DNA of 57,938 bases, the filler included, from Lytechinus pictus (taxonomy: Eukaryota), in assembly GCF_037042905.1 (NCBI RefSeq). It is 4 parts of 3 records of this genome, joined end to end, with 100 filler letters (N's around TTAATTAATTAA, not from the genome) between each part and the next. Parts side by side here need not be neighbours in the genome. Positions count along the whole stretch, not along the records: positions 1 to 26,048 come from NC_087262.1; 3 more parts are not named here. One strand, 5' to 3'. The first letter of the stretch is position 1; every line of letters starts with the position of its first letter. Both the position numbers and the translations under genes were made by a program. Positions 1 through 13,279 of this stretch are shown here, piece after piece. The notes below the pieces were generated by a model. It did no database searches. It was not told where the DNA came from and saw nothing but the letters and a program-made list of their open reading frames with translations.

Positions 1-167
1 TTATGTGAACACATCCATATTTTTTTTACCTCATATTTTTCATTGCTATATGAAAGATTTAGCTGCTATATCTGTTGATGGTGTAACACTATAAATCATG
101 TCATATAGATCACTTAATAGTTGTAGATCATCTCTTTGTATATGAATCCTGCACAGTTGAACCCAGA

Positions 168-316
168 GGGCATTTCATCAACATTAAACAGCTTGTCAGA
201 TCTGACAATTTTCCATGATTTTGACTGGTAGAGAAGCACCATTCCTATGGTAACTGCTGGATGAAACATATTTTTGGGGATAAAATGTCAGGAAAGTCCT
301 TTCATCAAATGCTCCC
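168..316. mobile_element. Small PIF/Harbinger-like MITE (decayed)
   Basis: Ends gggcatttcatcaa ... ttcatcaaatgctccc resemble 23611-23767 and 17879-17988. Confidence 0.5.
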
Positions 317-404
317 AGGTCCTCCAAAATAGTGGGTTGAACTGCTTTATATGGTTGACAATACATTTATTTGCAATGGTAAAGTCAACGACTTATCTTT
401 TCAG

Positions 405-548
405 GATCGAGGCACGCCTTCATTAACTAACACAACAACGCTAACTGTAAACGTGTTGAATGTTGATGACCAAGCTCCAGTGTTTGTAGGATGTAACGCT
501 ACCAGATGCCCAGACATGGAATACACCTCATCAATACTGGAGAAAACA
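405..548 (+). CDS. PCDH15: PCDH15-like exon (EC2-EC3)
   Basis: cag/gtgag; DRGTPSLTNTTTLTVNVLNVDDQAPVFVGCNATRCPDMEYTSSILEKT. Confidence 0.9.
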
Positions 549-620
549 GTGAGATTTATAAATTAAATTTATTTTAAAGGAAACACCCATTTTATACAAA
601 GGTTAAATGTTTGGTGGCCA

Positions 621-752
621 GGGGCCCGTAACATAAAGCTTAGCAATCATCGAAGAATAATATCTTTACGATTGATAGTATTACCTGCAATGTACATTTA
701 ATTTTGAAAATCAAGCGTACAATCAATCACTAACTTATGTGTTACAGACCCC
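621..752. mobile_element. Small PIF/Harbinger-like MITE
   Basis: TIRs ggggcccgtaacataaagcttag / ctaacttatgtgttacagacccc. Confidence 0.6.
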
Positions 753-1713
753 TGGAGTTATTATCAGGTACTCTATTCAAAGTAGTAGCCATGATTATTC
801 CACATACTAGAATTTACCCTTATTTAAGGGGTGTTTTAACTACATTTTCAGTCTTTTTCACCCCTCTTTGCATGAATTTGGTAAAAATAGGCCATGTAAA
901 AAATAATTGTGTTTTTTTATTCCAAATATACTTTTGCTAAACCAATTTCAAGGTCAGGCTTTTGAAGTGAAAATGCAAAATAGCAAATTAGGACCAGGGA
1001 GAGAAATGCTTACATCTGTTCATTCTATAGTACAAGTTCAAAGAAACTTTTTTTTTTAGTTGAGCCCATGATTTTTTTTTTGAAACACATAACAGGGAAG
1101 GGAGAGAGTGAGGAGGGGGCAGACAAGAGGGGGAATGGGTGGGAGTCAGATGATGTTGATGGACTGAAATGGCTTGATTGAATTGGTTAAAATCCCACCG
1201 CTGCCACCAGTTTGTTTGAGACACAACAGAATAGAACCTTCCCACCTTTGGTGGTAACTGACATATTTGTCAATGAGGAGATATCTGACTAGCGCAGGAT
1301 TACTCTATCAGAACTTTACAAGAATTAAACAGATTACCAACGAAAGAGAGAAAATGGGTCATGTTTTACATGATGATCAATAAGATCAGCCTATATGCTA
1401 TGATAATATCACCTCATAGTAAGATTTGTTTTCTTTTCAAATCAAATTACAAAGAATCTCAATTCATTATTATAACAGTTAACAACAAAACAGACGTGAT
1501 GATAACTCAATTTGCAGATGTGTATGTTTTCTCTCTATTTCTGAGAACATCAAAATATAGATAGCTGTTATGAAAGCCATGAAGCATAAGTTGCACAGAT
1601 ACAATGACAAATATTCTGAAAAATTAATATTGGATACAAAGTATCAATGTTGGGGCTTACTTTGATCATTGCTGATTCCATCTTTAAATCAATTCTATTA
1701 ATTCTCCCTACAG

Positions 1714-1816
1714 TCAAGAGCAACACCATTAGAGTTCTTTCCAAACCAAATCATGGTTGTCAATAGTTCTGGAGGAACAGTGGATCCCCAATCTGTAACA
1801 TTCTCCTTCACAGCAG
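1714..1816 (+). CDS. PCDH15: PCDH15-like exon (EC3)
   Basis: cag/gtagg; SRATPLEFFPNQIMVVNSSGGTVDPQSVTFSFTA; phase fits neighbours. Confidence 0.85.
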
Positions 1817-1934
1817 GTAGGTACTTTAGCCGGCAAAGTACCATTTAGCCTACACCTCTTGTCTATATTCCATTTGGTCTCATCGCACATGGTCTAACCA
1901 TATTTCATCTGCAACCAGTCTCCACCTTAACATG

Positions 1935-2190
1935 TGGGCTCATCGTGGTCTAGTGGTTCTGAATCTCGTCCTTCAAACAGAGGGTCATGGGTTCGAATCC
2001 TAGCCATGGCATGCTTTCCTTCAGCAAGAAATTTATCTTAACTGTAGTGCACTCGACCCAGGTGAGGTGAATGGGATCCCGGCAGGATTAATTTTTTGCA
2101 TGCTTGAGCTAAAGCGGGGGTAATAATAGCAGCGCTTTATATCCTCAGGCAAAAAATGCTTTATAAATCCATCTATTATTATTATTATTA
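1935..2190 (+). mobile_element. tRNA-derived SINE
   Basis: Pol III A box TGGTCTAGTGG, B box GGTTCGAATCC, central ctcgacccaggtgaggtgaatggg, (TAT)n tail; partial - strand relatives at ~14757-14940 and ~38262-38340. Confidence 0.8.
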
Positions 2191-2368
2191 AACATCTTTC
2201 CCATTTACTATTTTGTCTAATTTAAAGTTTGGCTTTAGCCATTTATATCCACTTGGTCTAACACCACTTAGTCTGTATGGTTAGAGGAACTGTTTATATC
2301 AAGTTTTCATTTGACAAAGTGCATAATGATAAGAAGATGAAGTGGAAATTAGACCATCTGGAAATTAA

Positions 2369-2951
2369 AGGAGAATGAAACTCTTGGAGTAAGTTAGCTT
2401 TTGTGAAAGCAGAAAAATCCAAGAATAAGATCAACAAAACTTTGAGTAAAATAGGACTAGCAATAAAAGAGTTATGAGCATTTGAATGTCGAGATCACTA
2501 ATGCTATGGAGATCCTCCCATTGGCAATGCGACCAAGATCTGTGATGTCACACACGTACAACTCTCCCATTCGGACACTGAAAATATACCCCAAAACATC
2601 TCTTTTTGCTCATTCTAATCATATGACAAACGATTCATCAATGATATAATGTTGTGAAACCTCTGTACTTGTCATCTCATAAAGAAAACACCTAACCTTG
2701 TGATAGACTCTATAAAAATGAGAATATAAGTGAAATAAGTACTAAAGTAATGAGGGAGTTGTACGTGTGTGATATCACAGATCTTGGTCGCATTGCCGAT
2801 GGGAGGATCTACATGGCACTAGTGATCTCAATATTCAAATGCTCATAACTTTCTTATTATTCATTCAATCTTCCTCAAACTTTCAACAATATGTTTCTTT
2901 GATTTTTCTCTTTGATATGGATTCAGCTAGTTTCAAGGGTTTCATTCTCCT
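2369..2951 (+). mobile_element. TTAA-flanked MITE (Kolobok-type, AGG termini), copy 1
   Basis: TTAA|aggagaatgaaac...gtttcattctcct|TTAA; long internal inverted repeat; near-identical to 34744-35326 and 48019-48601. Confidence 0.85.
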
Positions 2952-3990
2952 TTAAACTAAATGATAATTAGACTAAGTGGTATTAGACCAAGTCTTATGT
3001 AAACCAAATGACAATTGATGTAATTGATAATAGACCAATGAGTTTAGTGTATTTGGTATCTTAAAAATATGCCACAACTGCTTGTAGACCAATTAAAATA
3101 TAGACCGAAATTCACACAGATTCAATTGTATCATGGTACAAAACCATGCTCTATGCAGATTCTGAATATTATCGCTCTTTATTCAAGCATGAATGTAGTT
3201 TCCTTTGCCAAAAACATGCATTTTGAATTGGACTTTTCTTAGTATTTGAGATGAAATTTAAGCATAATCATGTAGATAAAACCTGCATAGTGGATGTTCT
3301 TATACCATGGTGCTGTTGAAACTAACTTTGCGAATTCAGGTTGTAATTTAGAGGTGTAATATATTTCTTAGGTTCGGTGTTAGTATTATTCTTTGTGATA
3401 AGTTTTGGATAAGGTTAAGGTTGGAACATTGAGATTTATGTTATTTTGTCAGTTCAGGAAGTGACTTAGGCTTTTTATAGATGTGATCATTTATGTCTGG
3501 TGACCAATTTTTCTTGTCATCTAATAAAAGATGTGACTGGGCTCAAATGTTGTGCCTGTTGTCAATTTGTAACTTCTATATGGATTGGACTGAAGGTCCA
3601 TGCCTTAAGACCGAATAAGATTAGTTTTAGAGTTAGGTGTAGCATGAAGTTAAATCTTTGATTTTATGATTTGGTTTAATGTAGTGTAGTGGATTAGGAG
3701 AAGAATGAAGTTACTTTTAAAAAATTGATGGTTAGTCTGAGTACATAATGGTATGAGATAAACATATTATTTTCTTACAAAGATTTATTGTGGAGTTATA
3801 AGTTACATATTTCAAAATCTGTTTGTAAAACTAACCACCTCTTTCTTTATGAATTAAATAAATGAAATGTTAATTAGTGATTCCATAGGCTATACTCCAA
3901 TTTCAACAAAATATGGCTTTTATGATAGCACCTCATATGCATATTATGCTCTTTACGTTGATATATAAATATATATTTTTTATATCTTAG

Positions 3991-4103
3991 GAGAACCTTC
4001 TACATATTCATCTTTCTTTTCTATCAACCCATCTACTGGTGATGTAATGCTTCTCCAGCAGGTTCGCCGAACAGAGTATGCTGTCTTTGTCATGAATGTC
4101 ACA
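3991..4103 (+). CDS. PCDH15: PCDH15-like exon (EC3)
   Basis: tag/gtaagt; EPSTYSSFFSINPSTGDVMLLQQVRRTEYAVFVMNVT. Confidence 0.9.
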
Positions 4104-4299
4104 GTAAGTCCACATTTCATTGGCATTATTGTATAACTTCCCAGAAAGAACACTTCCCTATTCCCTTTCCTTAGTCCTTCTACGACTCCCCACATGGTGT
4201 ACCGTAAAACTCTTCCACGATTAATAGCAATATTGTGCATTAATTAAAGAAAGATTAGTATTATTATTATTAATACTTCGTGTTCGTGTTAACCTCTAG

Positions 4300-4497
4300 G
4301 CTACCAAAGGTGTAAGCAGCATTACTGCCACAGTGAGGATAGAGATTATACCAATCAATGAGGCCCCGCCATACTTTCAGAGTCAGACTCTGATTGGTTA
4401 TATTTCTGAGAATGTCGTACTGGGAACTCAGGTAACCAGCGACAGGGACGGAACTGTGCCTCTGCTCATCCAAGCTTTTGATCCAGATCTGGACCAG
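4300..4497 (+). CDS. PCDH15: PCDH15-like exon (EC3-EC4)
   Basis: ATKGVSSITATVRIEIIPINEAPPYFQSQTLIGYISEN...PLLIQAFDPDLDQ. Confidence 0.9.
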
Positions 4498-4781
4498 GTA
4501 TTATAGTTGTTTAGTTATGTAATGTTACAGGCGTATCCCAACACAAGCCCCTGCTTTCTGGGTTTACGCCTTCTTCCGAACACATAATTTATGTACTGCA
4601 TTCATTTTCATTTGTTTTGTACTGTATTGTTGATTTGTACACCTTATACAAAAATATATTAATTGAAAGAAAAATAAATGTTTATTTGAATTGAATTCAA
4701 ATATTCAAGACAAGATATTGACCCTTTGAATGTAATTCGGAAAGTTTTAAACGAATAGCATTTCTCCTTTAAATAGGTGTC

Positions 4782-4827
<46 letters not shown>

Positions 4828-5155
4828 CGATGACTGTGAATTCATATAAGAATGAGGATGTAAAACTAAAAATAGGTTAGTAGAAACACAAATTTGCTCT
4901 TTATAGAGAGTTTTGAATGAAATGAGCTGCCGTTTTGAGATGGATTTAGAAAAGCATTTTAGTTGTATTGGTTACGTGTTGAGAAGATAAAGACAACAGG
5001 ACTCTAAAAAGAGCATGGGTTCTGTAATGGCTGGATGTCATAAGAAGAAGAAGATAAACACCAAAGATGTTTTGATAAAAATTGGTGAAGAGAGAATGAT
5101 AGAAAGTTGTGCTGGATGAATAAATGTAAATCTTTTTAATGTTTTTTTAAATCAG

Positions 5156-5302
5156 GATGAAGATTCCACTCTTAACTACCTGCTGAGCGACAACTCCATT
5201 TTTACCACAAACCTTGCCCCAGGAAATGGAGTGTATCTTGCATACAGCGGTCTACCTGATACTGATCTGGATGCGGAAACACAAGACAGCCACAATGTCT
5301 CT
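5156..5302 (+). CDS. PCDH15: PCDH15-like exon (EC4)
   Basis: DEDSTLNYLLSDNSIF...DLDAETQDSHNVS; cag/gtaagt. Confidence 0.88.
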
Positions 5303-6050
5303 GTAAGTATATGGTGAAAACTTTGGTTGAAACTTCAGTTTAGTGCCCTAGCTAGCACCGATGAATGTTACATTCATTATCAATTCTTGAGTACATACTT
5401 GCTAGAGACCTTTGATTGATACCAATTGTAATTATAAACTGTAGGGTCTGTGGTGCAGGGCATGGATATAATATATGATGCATGACAAGAATGAAATATT
5501 CATGATTATTGCATCATTTTTCTTGTGTTTATTTTTGATTGATAAAGAATTCATTGCTTCCAATTTTCAACAATACAAACATTTTACAGAGTAAGGCGAA
5601 ATATGAGAAATCATAGTGAATGAAGTGATACACTCGGAGTCCTGGAAAGCATGCTTGTTTATAAAGGTTCCATTCAAACAATGGATAAGTGACATATAAA
5701 AACAAAATTAGAAGTATCTTTAAAAAATATATGTACAAATCAATCATATCAATTATCAATTGTATCCTTTATTACATTCATTGTCATATTATTCTTGTTA
5801 TTATTGACATTGTTTGTATCATCATACCATTATTACCATCTATATTGTTTTCATATACATCATTATAATTGCTGTTAAAAGTTATTATCATTTATATCGA
5901 TCTTTATTATCATTTTACTTCCATTAATATTGATATTCTTTACTTTAATTGCTATCATAACTTGCTTTCATTACCTTTATTACCCAACATGATTGTGTCA
6001 TAAATGTAATTATTTACAATATTTTCAAATACTTGTTTGCTTTTGTTCAG

Positions 6051-6090
6051 ATCGTAGCAAGGCCAAGCAACGAATCTGGGCAATTTGATT
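6051..6090 (+). CDS. PCDH15: PCDH15-like 40-nt small exon (EC4)
   Basis: ttcag/gtaagt; IVARPSNESGQFD; needed to join the phase-0 and phase-1 neighbours. Confidence 0.8.
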
Positions 6091-6785
6091 GTAAGTTTGT
6101 TCCTTCCAAACGCTTCACCTTCACCTGCAAAATGTTCATTAATCTTTAAAAAAATTTAAATTGACCATCCAAATACTTTACAATGTATTTTTACTTTCCA
6201 AATACTTCACATTTTTTTCCAAATACTACAGGTTTATCTTTAGATAACTATATTCTTAACTTCAAAATACTACACATTTTCCTTCCTAATGATATACATT
6301 TTCCTTTTACATAGTACATACTTAATCTTTTGAAAAGTCTACTTTTGCACATTTACCTTTCAAATACTCAATGTTTATCTTCCAAATACTCCACATTTCC
6401 TTCCAAATTATACATGTTTACCTTCAAAATGCCACACAGATTTCCCATTCTTAACTTTCAGTATACCACCTTTACCTTCCTAATACTCCAAGTGCTAAAT
6501 ACAACAAATATGTTATCATTCATCTCTATAACTTGTGCTTTGCTTATGTAATGATTGTTACAGAAAAAAGGGTAATAATATTTGAACTTTATCCTCTGGA
6601 AAAAAGCGTTATATAAATCCTGCTATTATTGAGCTATTATTAGTATTATTATTACTATCATCATTAGAATTTTTTCTGAAAATGATTTGTGATATCATTT
6701 CACTATTTGTTACTTATATATTCCAAATCACTACAGATGTATCGTTTTTAAAAGAACAAAAATTCTTTGTTGATTTATATCACAG

Positions 6786-6943
6786 CTTCTCAACAGCTTC
6801 CGACCCTGTTAGTCACAGTACTGGTCAAGGATCTGAACGAAGACCCACCACAATTTCACCGAAACGAGTTCTATAATTCCCAGACTGATAGATATACTGT
6901 CAATCTCAAGGACAATGCTGTGGTCAATACTGAAGTCATCTCA
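6786..6943 (+). CDS. PCDH15: PCDH15-like exon (EC4-EC5)
   Basis: SQQLPTLLVTVLVKDLNEDPPQF...NTEVIS. Confidence 0.9.
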
Positions 6944-7514
6944 GTAAGTCATTCTCTACATTCATGTCTGTAAGTTATGCACAACTATGCATGACTTGCG
7001 ATGTTTCTTTGGTGCTAAATCAGATTAATTGATTTCAAGTCCCATCAGCTACCGTTGAAGTTAAGTCTTTGGACATAAAGTTCTTATATTTAACAAGTGT
7101 CGGACTGAAAAATTCAATGTTCTTAAAAGATTGATTGCATTTATAGGGAATACACTCCCATCGTGTTAAAACGGGATAAATCATGGTAAAGGAACAAAAG
7201 TTTACCTTTTTTATTTTTAAATTAAAAATCTTTTTAATTATCACATGGAATGGCGAATTTAAAGGAAAACTTGCCAGACAGAGGTAATATCAATGAATAT
7301 GATGATAATCCTTAATTCTTTCTTTTTTGAAATGTTGCTGATGCAGATGACATGAATACTTCATAAGACTCAATTTCCCTTTATAGCACATTTACACATT
7401 TAAGCAAACAGAAAAGTATATTTGCAAATGTTATATAAATAGTGTAGTTGAGTACAATATTTTGTTAGCATGTGAACTATTATTTGACCAAATGTAATTA
7501 TTTCTCATCATTAG

Positions 7515-7717
7515 ATTCCGGTCATTGATCCCGATGCAACATCCCTGCCACCAATCGTCGATCATGAATTTGTCTCCTCACAAGCAAGCTCATTGTTCTC
7601 GGTGGTAATGGAGGGGAATAATGTTGTGATCCGACTGATCTCTGCTGGGTCTTTGATTGCAGACAGAGAGTACATCATCCGGCTTCATGCCACGGACAGG
7701 CAGGATGCAAATAAACG
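7515..7717 (+). CDS. PCDH15: PCDH15-like exon (EC5)
   Basis: IPVIDPDATSLPP...REYIIRLHATDRQDANK. Confidence 0.88.
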
Positions 7718-8185
7718 GTGAGGAAGGGGCAGAATGAGGAATGGTGATGTTTCGGAGGAATATTTTAATAATCATGGTGTGAAAAATTACATTTGATATT
7801 GTTGTTGGTGATGATAATTGTGTGGATGGACTTGCATGCATCGTATGATGAGGATAATGATAAAGGTGATGGTGATGATGAGGAAAATGGGAGAGAATGA
7901 GGAAATGAAGGAGAAGAAGAATAAGAAAGAGGAGGAGTAGAAATAAGACAAGAAGAAGGAGGAGGAGAAGAATAGGGGGAGGAGGTGGGGAAGGGAAGAA
8001 GAAGAAGAAGTAGGAGCTGGAGGAGGAAGAGGAGGAAAATAAGAGGTTTAAGGTGATTGCCATGATGATTGTAATGATACTTTGCATGGCAAATGATGAA
8101 TTCAATTGTCTTTGCACATTGAAACTTGAGGATAATATGAGTGATATCAGTCATTTTTTCACCCTTTATTTATTTTCTCCAACAG

Positions 8186-8315
8186 ATCTAGTGTATCCAT
8201 TTATATCAACATCATCTTAGGAGTAAATAATAGACCACCAGAGTTTAGTCAAACAACATACTCAACCAGTGCTAACGAAAATCTACCTTATAATGCTCTC
8301 GTCGCTACAATTCAA
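8186..8315 (+). CDS. PCDH15: PCDH15-like exon (EC5-EC6)
   Basis: SSVSIYINIILGVNNRPPEFSQTTYSTSANENLPYNALVATIQ. Confidence 0.9.
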
Positions 8316-8914
8316 GTAAGATATTTAATGTGTTTCTTTGCGTAATTGGGCAAAGTTGAACTCCCGAAATACTGTTCTTTTCAGTTCGTAAAGTCTTGGA
8401 ATGAATTTGATATCTTTTGCAGTGTATTTCTTGATTTCAATAGTTTTCAATTGAGGTGTGTAAGGTAGTGCTTGTGACTCTTGTTTAAGTGTTTGACTTT
8501 AATGTTTATTCCAAACTGGAAGGTATCAAGTATGCTTAACAAAAGGTAATTAATGGACTGACCTAGCATCACACCTGGCCCATTGCATAACCTATTGAAA
8601 GTACTTTTTATTTTTTGGAAGCCCCCAGTTATGGCTGCCATAAGTTATAGTGCTCTGAAGTCAGAATTTTTAATCAAGTTACTTGATGTTTTCAATGCCG
8701 ATTCCTCATCTTGGGGTTTTCTTTTCTTCTACTTCTTCTCCTCCACCTTCCTCTCTTCCTCTTCTATTTCTTCTTGTTATTCTCCAAATTTATTCCATTG
8801 TGTCAATTTGTTCTTCCCTTTTTTTTTCTTCCTCTCGATCTTGTTTTTTGTGTTCTTGTTATTGTTGTTGTTCTTTTTTGTTCTTCTAATTATTATTTTT
8901 TCTTTCTACCTAAG

Positions 8915-9000
8915 GCTTCTGATCCTGATGGAGAGTTGATAACATACAGCATCACATCAGGGAACATCAACAATGCATTCATGACGACTAGTGATGCTAG
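8915..9000 (+). CDS. PCDH15: PCDH15-like exon (EC6)
   Basis: ASDPDGELITYSITSGNINNAFMTTSDA. Confidence 0.9.
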
Positions 9001-9307
9001 GTATGTTTATCATACATTTAAATGTTGATAGCAATTATAATTAACATAGTTTACATTGTGATGATGGTGGTTATGATGAAGTTGGTGGTAGCGTTGGTGA
9101 TGATGATGATGCTGATGATGATGATGATGATGATGAGGATGAGGATGATGATGATGATGATAGCTATGTTTATCAAGCATTTTAAAATGATTTAGATGGT
9201 GGTGATGATGATAATATAATGATGACAATTACAGTGATGATAAAGATAATGATAATAATGATGACAGTGATGATGAGCTAGTTAAAGAATTCATTCTTTA
9301 TTTACAG

Positions 9308-9518
9308 CAATGGAGAAATTCGGGTCCAGGGCTCCCTAGATCGAGAAGTCCTTGATTCCTATTCACTCATCTTTGAAGCTTCTGATGGGAATTTGACAGC
9401 TTCTGTCAATGTCCTCATCACCATCAATGATGTCAACGACGAACCGCCTGTCTTTGTTGGCCTGGATACGTTCTTGATCGTTGAAGGCGTCAGCAATGAA
9501 TTAGTTGGACAAATAATG
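9308..9518 (+). CDS. PCDH15: PCDH15-like exon (EC6-EC7)
   Basis: NGEIRVQGSLDREVLDSYSLIFEASDG...INDVNDEPPVF; canonical LDRE and DxND motifs. Confidence 0.93.
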
Positions 9519-9682
9519 GTGAGTATGACTCCTAGCTTTCACACTAAGCTTTCACACTAAGCAGATTACCCGCATTCACCCAGGTGCATCTGTGTGGTAT
9601 ATACAGTATGAAAGTCCCAAGTATGAAATAAAGAGTACTTAACCTGTTTTCATAAGCAATGACTGTTCATTTGAATTTATAG

Positions 9683-9994
9683 GCCACTGACGCAGATCAA
9701 GCTGGCACGGCCAACTCTGCCATCCGATTCTACTTTGTTCCCGACGTGCCTCAGTTCCGCATCGAGCCCACAACGGGCCGCATCTTCACGATAATGGCTC
9801 TAGACCGGGAGCAACAGGATGTTTACATGGTGACTGTTGTAGCCACTGATACGACTTCTGATCCCCTCGAAGCCAGCATTCCGATCACGATCATCGTACA
9901 GGATACCAATGATAACCGGCCAATTTTTGAGACTGATGAATACATCATTGAGGTGCCAGAGGAGTCTCTTCTGCAAGGATTTTATGCAATTCAG
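9683..9994 (+). CDS. PCDH15: PCDH15-like exon (EC7-EC8)
   Basis: ATDADQAG...ALDREQQDVY...QDTNDNRPIF...FYAIQ. Confidence 0.93.
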
Positions 9995-10069
9995 GTACAT
10001 TAAATTACATTACTACATGTTTCTATAGTGGTGCATTAAAATTGCATACTTTGTTTGGTTTATTATTTC

Positions 10070-10420
10070 CAATTGGTCTAATGTATATTCATCTAGTTAC
10101 CAACTGGTCTACTATCATTTGGTCTATCATCAATTCGTCCATTATCCACATGGTCTAATTGCCATTTTGTCCACTCACTATTTTGTCTAATAACCACTTG
10201 GTCCAATAGCCATTTAGTCCATAAACCATTTGGTCTAATTGGATAAGTGTTAATTGGGCGAAATGAATGAAAAGAAAATGGTTATTAGACGAAGTGGTTA
10301 CTAGTATTAGATGAAATGGTCGTAGATGAACTGGTGATTAGACAAAGTGATTATTGGACCAAATGGTTGTTAGACGAATTGTTGATGGATGGAATGGCAA
10401 TAGAGTTGGCAATAGACAAA
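10070..10420. repeat. Foldback-like element of short ttggtcta / tagaccaa subrepeats
   Basis: Left half repeats ttggtcta, right half repeats tagac(c/g)aa; related debris at ~1860-3110 and ~10930-11040. Confidence 0.55.
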
Positions 10421-10602
10421 TCGGCAATTTACCCTTTAATTGTTCTGCATGGTTTGCCTGTGCTGTATCAGAACATATTGCATGATGTGCCAAAATCTGA
10501 CAAACTCCCTGTAGTTTTACATGCAAAACTTGCTGTGCAATGAGTGCCATATTGTTAGGAAGTGGAAATTTAACCATCAACTAAACAATGGTTAGACAGA
10601 GA

Positions 10603-10911
10603 GGCCCGTATTCTGAAGTCGGGTTTAACTTAAACTCAGGTTTAAAGTTGTGGTTTAAGTATGGATAGCCAATTGTAACATAAATCACTACAGTAGAGAT
10701 ACCATATTTCAGCTCATTTGGCTCTCAAATCATTCATAATTATCTAGGAAGTATAAAAAGATGATTTTCTTCACCATCGATGAATCAGGAAAGAGCACAG
10801 CAAGCATAAGAAACATACAACTGAATAAAAATTTTGACACTTTGGCTTCCCATAATTTCAGCGCAGAGTTAGACCATGGTCTAAGTTAAACCTGACTTCA
10901 GAATACGGGCC
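10603..10911. mobile_element. MITE (Harbinger-like termini)
   Basis: ~30-bp TIRs ggcccgtattctgaagtcgggtttaactta / taagttaaacctgacttcagaatacgggcc. Confidence 0.8.
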
Positions 10912-11479
10912 AGTGAGTATTAGAACAAGTGATAGTAGGTCCAAACAGTAATTAGACCAGCGCAATAGTACACTAAGTGTATTTAGCCTTGATGTTACAT
11001 GATCTGAGAATTAGACCCTATCTGCTTATTGTCCAAATGGATACAAACCCCCATATCTGGAAACACCTACAATCATCACCCCAATGCTTGTCAGAATGTA
11101 CCCAGTCTTTGAAAAATTCTTAATACTGCTCAAACTGTTTTTCAATTAAGTAACAAATCAAAGAAGGGCTTTTGATTAACTGGAGAAAACCACAACCCAA
11201 CCAACAGGTGTACAAATACAAAACAATGATATCCATTTAATTCACCCAATCCTAACTTGGGGGATCAATATGGACATAGTAGTTCTTACTTTCACTCCAT
11301 CTTTTAACAATTCACACTGTATCACATACCTTGTAATCTTATATAACTACATTCTTCAAATTTGCTTGATATCCAAAGTGTACCAATCACTCTGCTAATA
11401 AATTTATGCTGATGAGGTTTGATTACCTCAAAACAGGTTCCATTTATTAAGATATTATCTTTATTTTTGCCTTATATAG

Positions 11480-11698
11480 GCTTTGGATAGGGACAGTGAT
11501 GCCCCTCTTCTCTATGAAATCACCCTCGGGGACACCAACATCTTCAGCATAGATCCTGTGACTGGAAACCTCTCCCTCATTATCCCTCTGGACTTTGAGA
11601 ATGGTGCTAGGTCATTCTTTCTGCAGGTGACCGTCACAGACGTCGATGTCAATGGTGAAAATTTGACCGATGCCACCAACGTTACAATTTTAGTTACG
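11480..11698 (+). CDS. PCDH15: PCDH15-like exon (EC8)
   Basis: ALDRDSDAPLLYEI...PLDFENG...NVTILVT. Confidence 0.93.
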
Positions 11699-11887
11699 GT
11701 GAGTTTATGGATTATACAGATGCCTCTAATATTTCCAAGTGATATGTTTTTTGTTTGTTTGTATATCATTCTTTTGATTGTAGCAATGGGATGTAAAATC
11801 ACTATGATGAAGTCACATGACCTTTTTGAGATACATAATCATCACACAGATAAAGAATCTCTCTTTCTCTCTGGAAGGAGTTTGAGT

Positions 11888-12850
11888 TTTTGTCTCACCT
11901 GCATAGCAGAGTGAGACTATAGGCGCCGCTTTTCCGACGGCGGCGGCGGCGGCGACGGCGGCGTCAACACCAAATCTTAACCTGAGGTTAAGTTTTTGAA
12001 ATGACAGCATAACTTAGAAAGTATATGGACCTAGTTCATGAAACTTGGCCATAAGGTTAATCAAGTATTACTGAACATCCTGCCTGAGTTTCATGTCACA
12101 TGACCAAGGTCAAAGGTCATTTAGGGTCAATGAACTTAGACCATGTTGGGGGAATCAACATCAAAATCTTAACCTAAGGTTAAGTTTTTGAAATGTCATC
12201 ATAACTTAGAAAATATATGGACCTAGTTCATGAAACTTATACATAAGGTTAATCAAGTATCACTGAACATCCTGCATGAGTTTCACGTCACATGACCAAG
12301 GTCAAAGGTCATTTAGGGTCAATGAACTTTGGCCGAATTGGGGGTATCTGTTGAATTACCATCATAACTTTGAAAGTTTATGGATCTGATTCATGAAACT
12401 TGGACATAATAGTAATCAAGTATTAATGAACATCCTGTGCAAGTTTCAGGTCACATGATCAAGGTCAAAGGTCATTTAGGGTCAATGAACTTTGGCCAAA
12501 TTGGGGTATTTGTTGAATTACAGCCATAAATTTGAAAGTGTGTTGGTCTAGTTCATAAAACTTGGACATAATAGTAATCAAGTATCACTGAACATCCTGT
12601 GCGAGTTTCAGGTCACATGATCAAGGTCAAAGGTCATGTAAGGTCAAAGAACTTTGGCCACGTTGGGGGTATTTGTTGAATTGCCATCATATCTCTATAA
12701 GTGTATTGGTCTAGTTCATAAAACGTGGAAATAAGAGTAACCAAGTATCACTGAACATCTTGTGCGAGTTATAGTAGTTTTCAAAATCAGCACTGCTGCT
12801 ATATTGAATCGCGTGATGCAGGTGAGACGGCCAGAGGCATTCCACTTGTT
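11888..12850 (+). mobile_element. Helentron-associated non-autonomous element (HINE/DINE-1-like) with internal ~180-bp tandem repeats
   Basis: T-run, subTIR gtctcacctgcat (11892) and atgcaggtgagac (12816), (GGC)n microsatellite, ~4 core repeats (ggtcaaaggtcatttagggtcaatgaactt), 3' hairpin gccagaggc, cttgtt end. Confidence 0.75.
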
Positions 12851-13159
12851 ACTTTATATCATGGCAAAATGTATTTATCGTTTTGCCAAATAAATGAATG
12901 TACATCAAGTAGTTGCGTTAAATATTTATGGGAAGGTCAGTGAAGTAGGGCCTTGATCATTATATATTTGCCTCCAAGCGAATGTAGTCAGATGAATATT
13001 TATATTATGATATGAAATTTAAATCTATATACATTTAGATTGAAATTCAAATATAATATGATTTTCAGTGAGTACAATCCAAGTAAATCTCAAATTTTAT
13101 GAAATTTGGAATGAAGGATGTTTATTAAGAAGTTTATGACCTTTGATCTTTATGTGTAG

Positions 13160-13279
13160 GATGTGAACGACAATGTTCCGGAGTTTGAACAGCCTCGTTA
13201 TGATGTCATTGCTCTACGAGAGTACCAAATAGGAGATATAGTTCTTGCAAACATTACTGTCGTAGACGAAGATCTTGAA
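13160..13279 (+). CDS. PCDH15: PCDH15-like exon (EC8-EC9)
   Basis: DVNDNVPEFEQPRYDVIALREYQIGDIVLANITVVDEDLE. Confidence 0.92.

Noticed and set aside
1935-2010. tRNA gene
   Set aside because: A and B boxes are present but there is no clean cloverleaf, and it continues into a SINE body and tail
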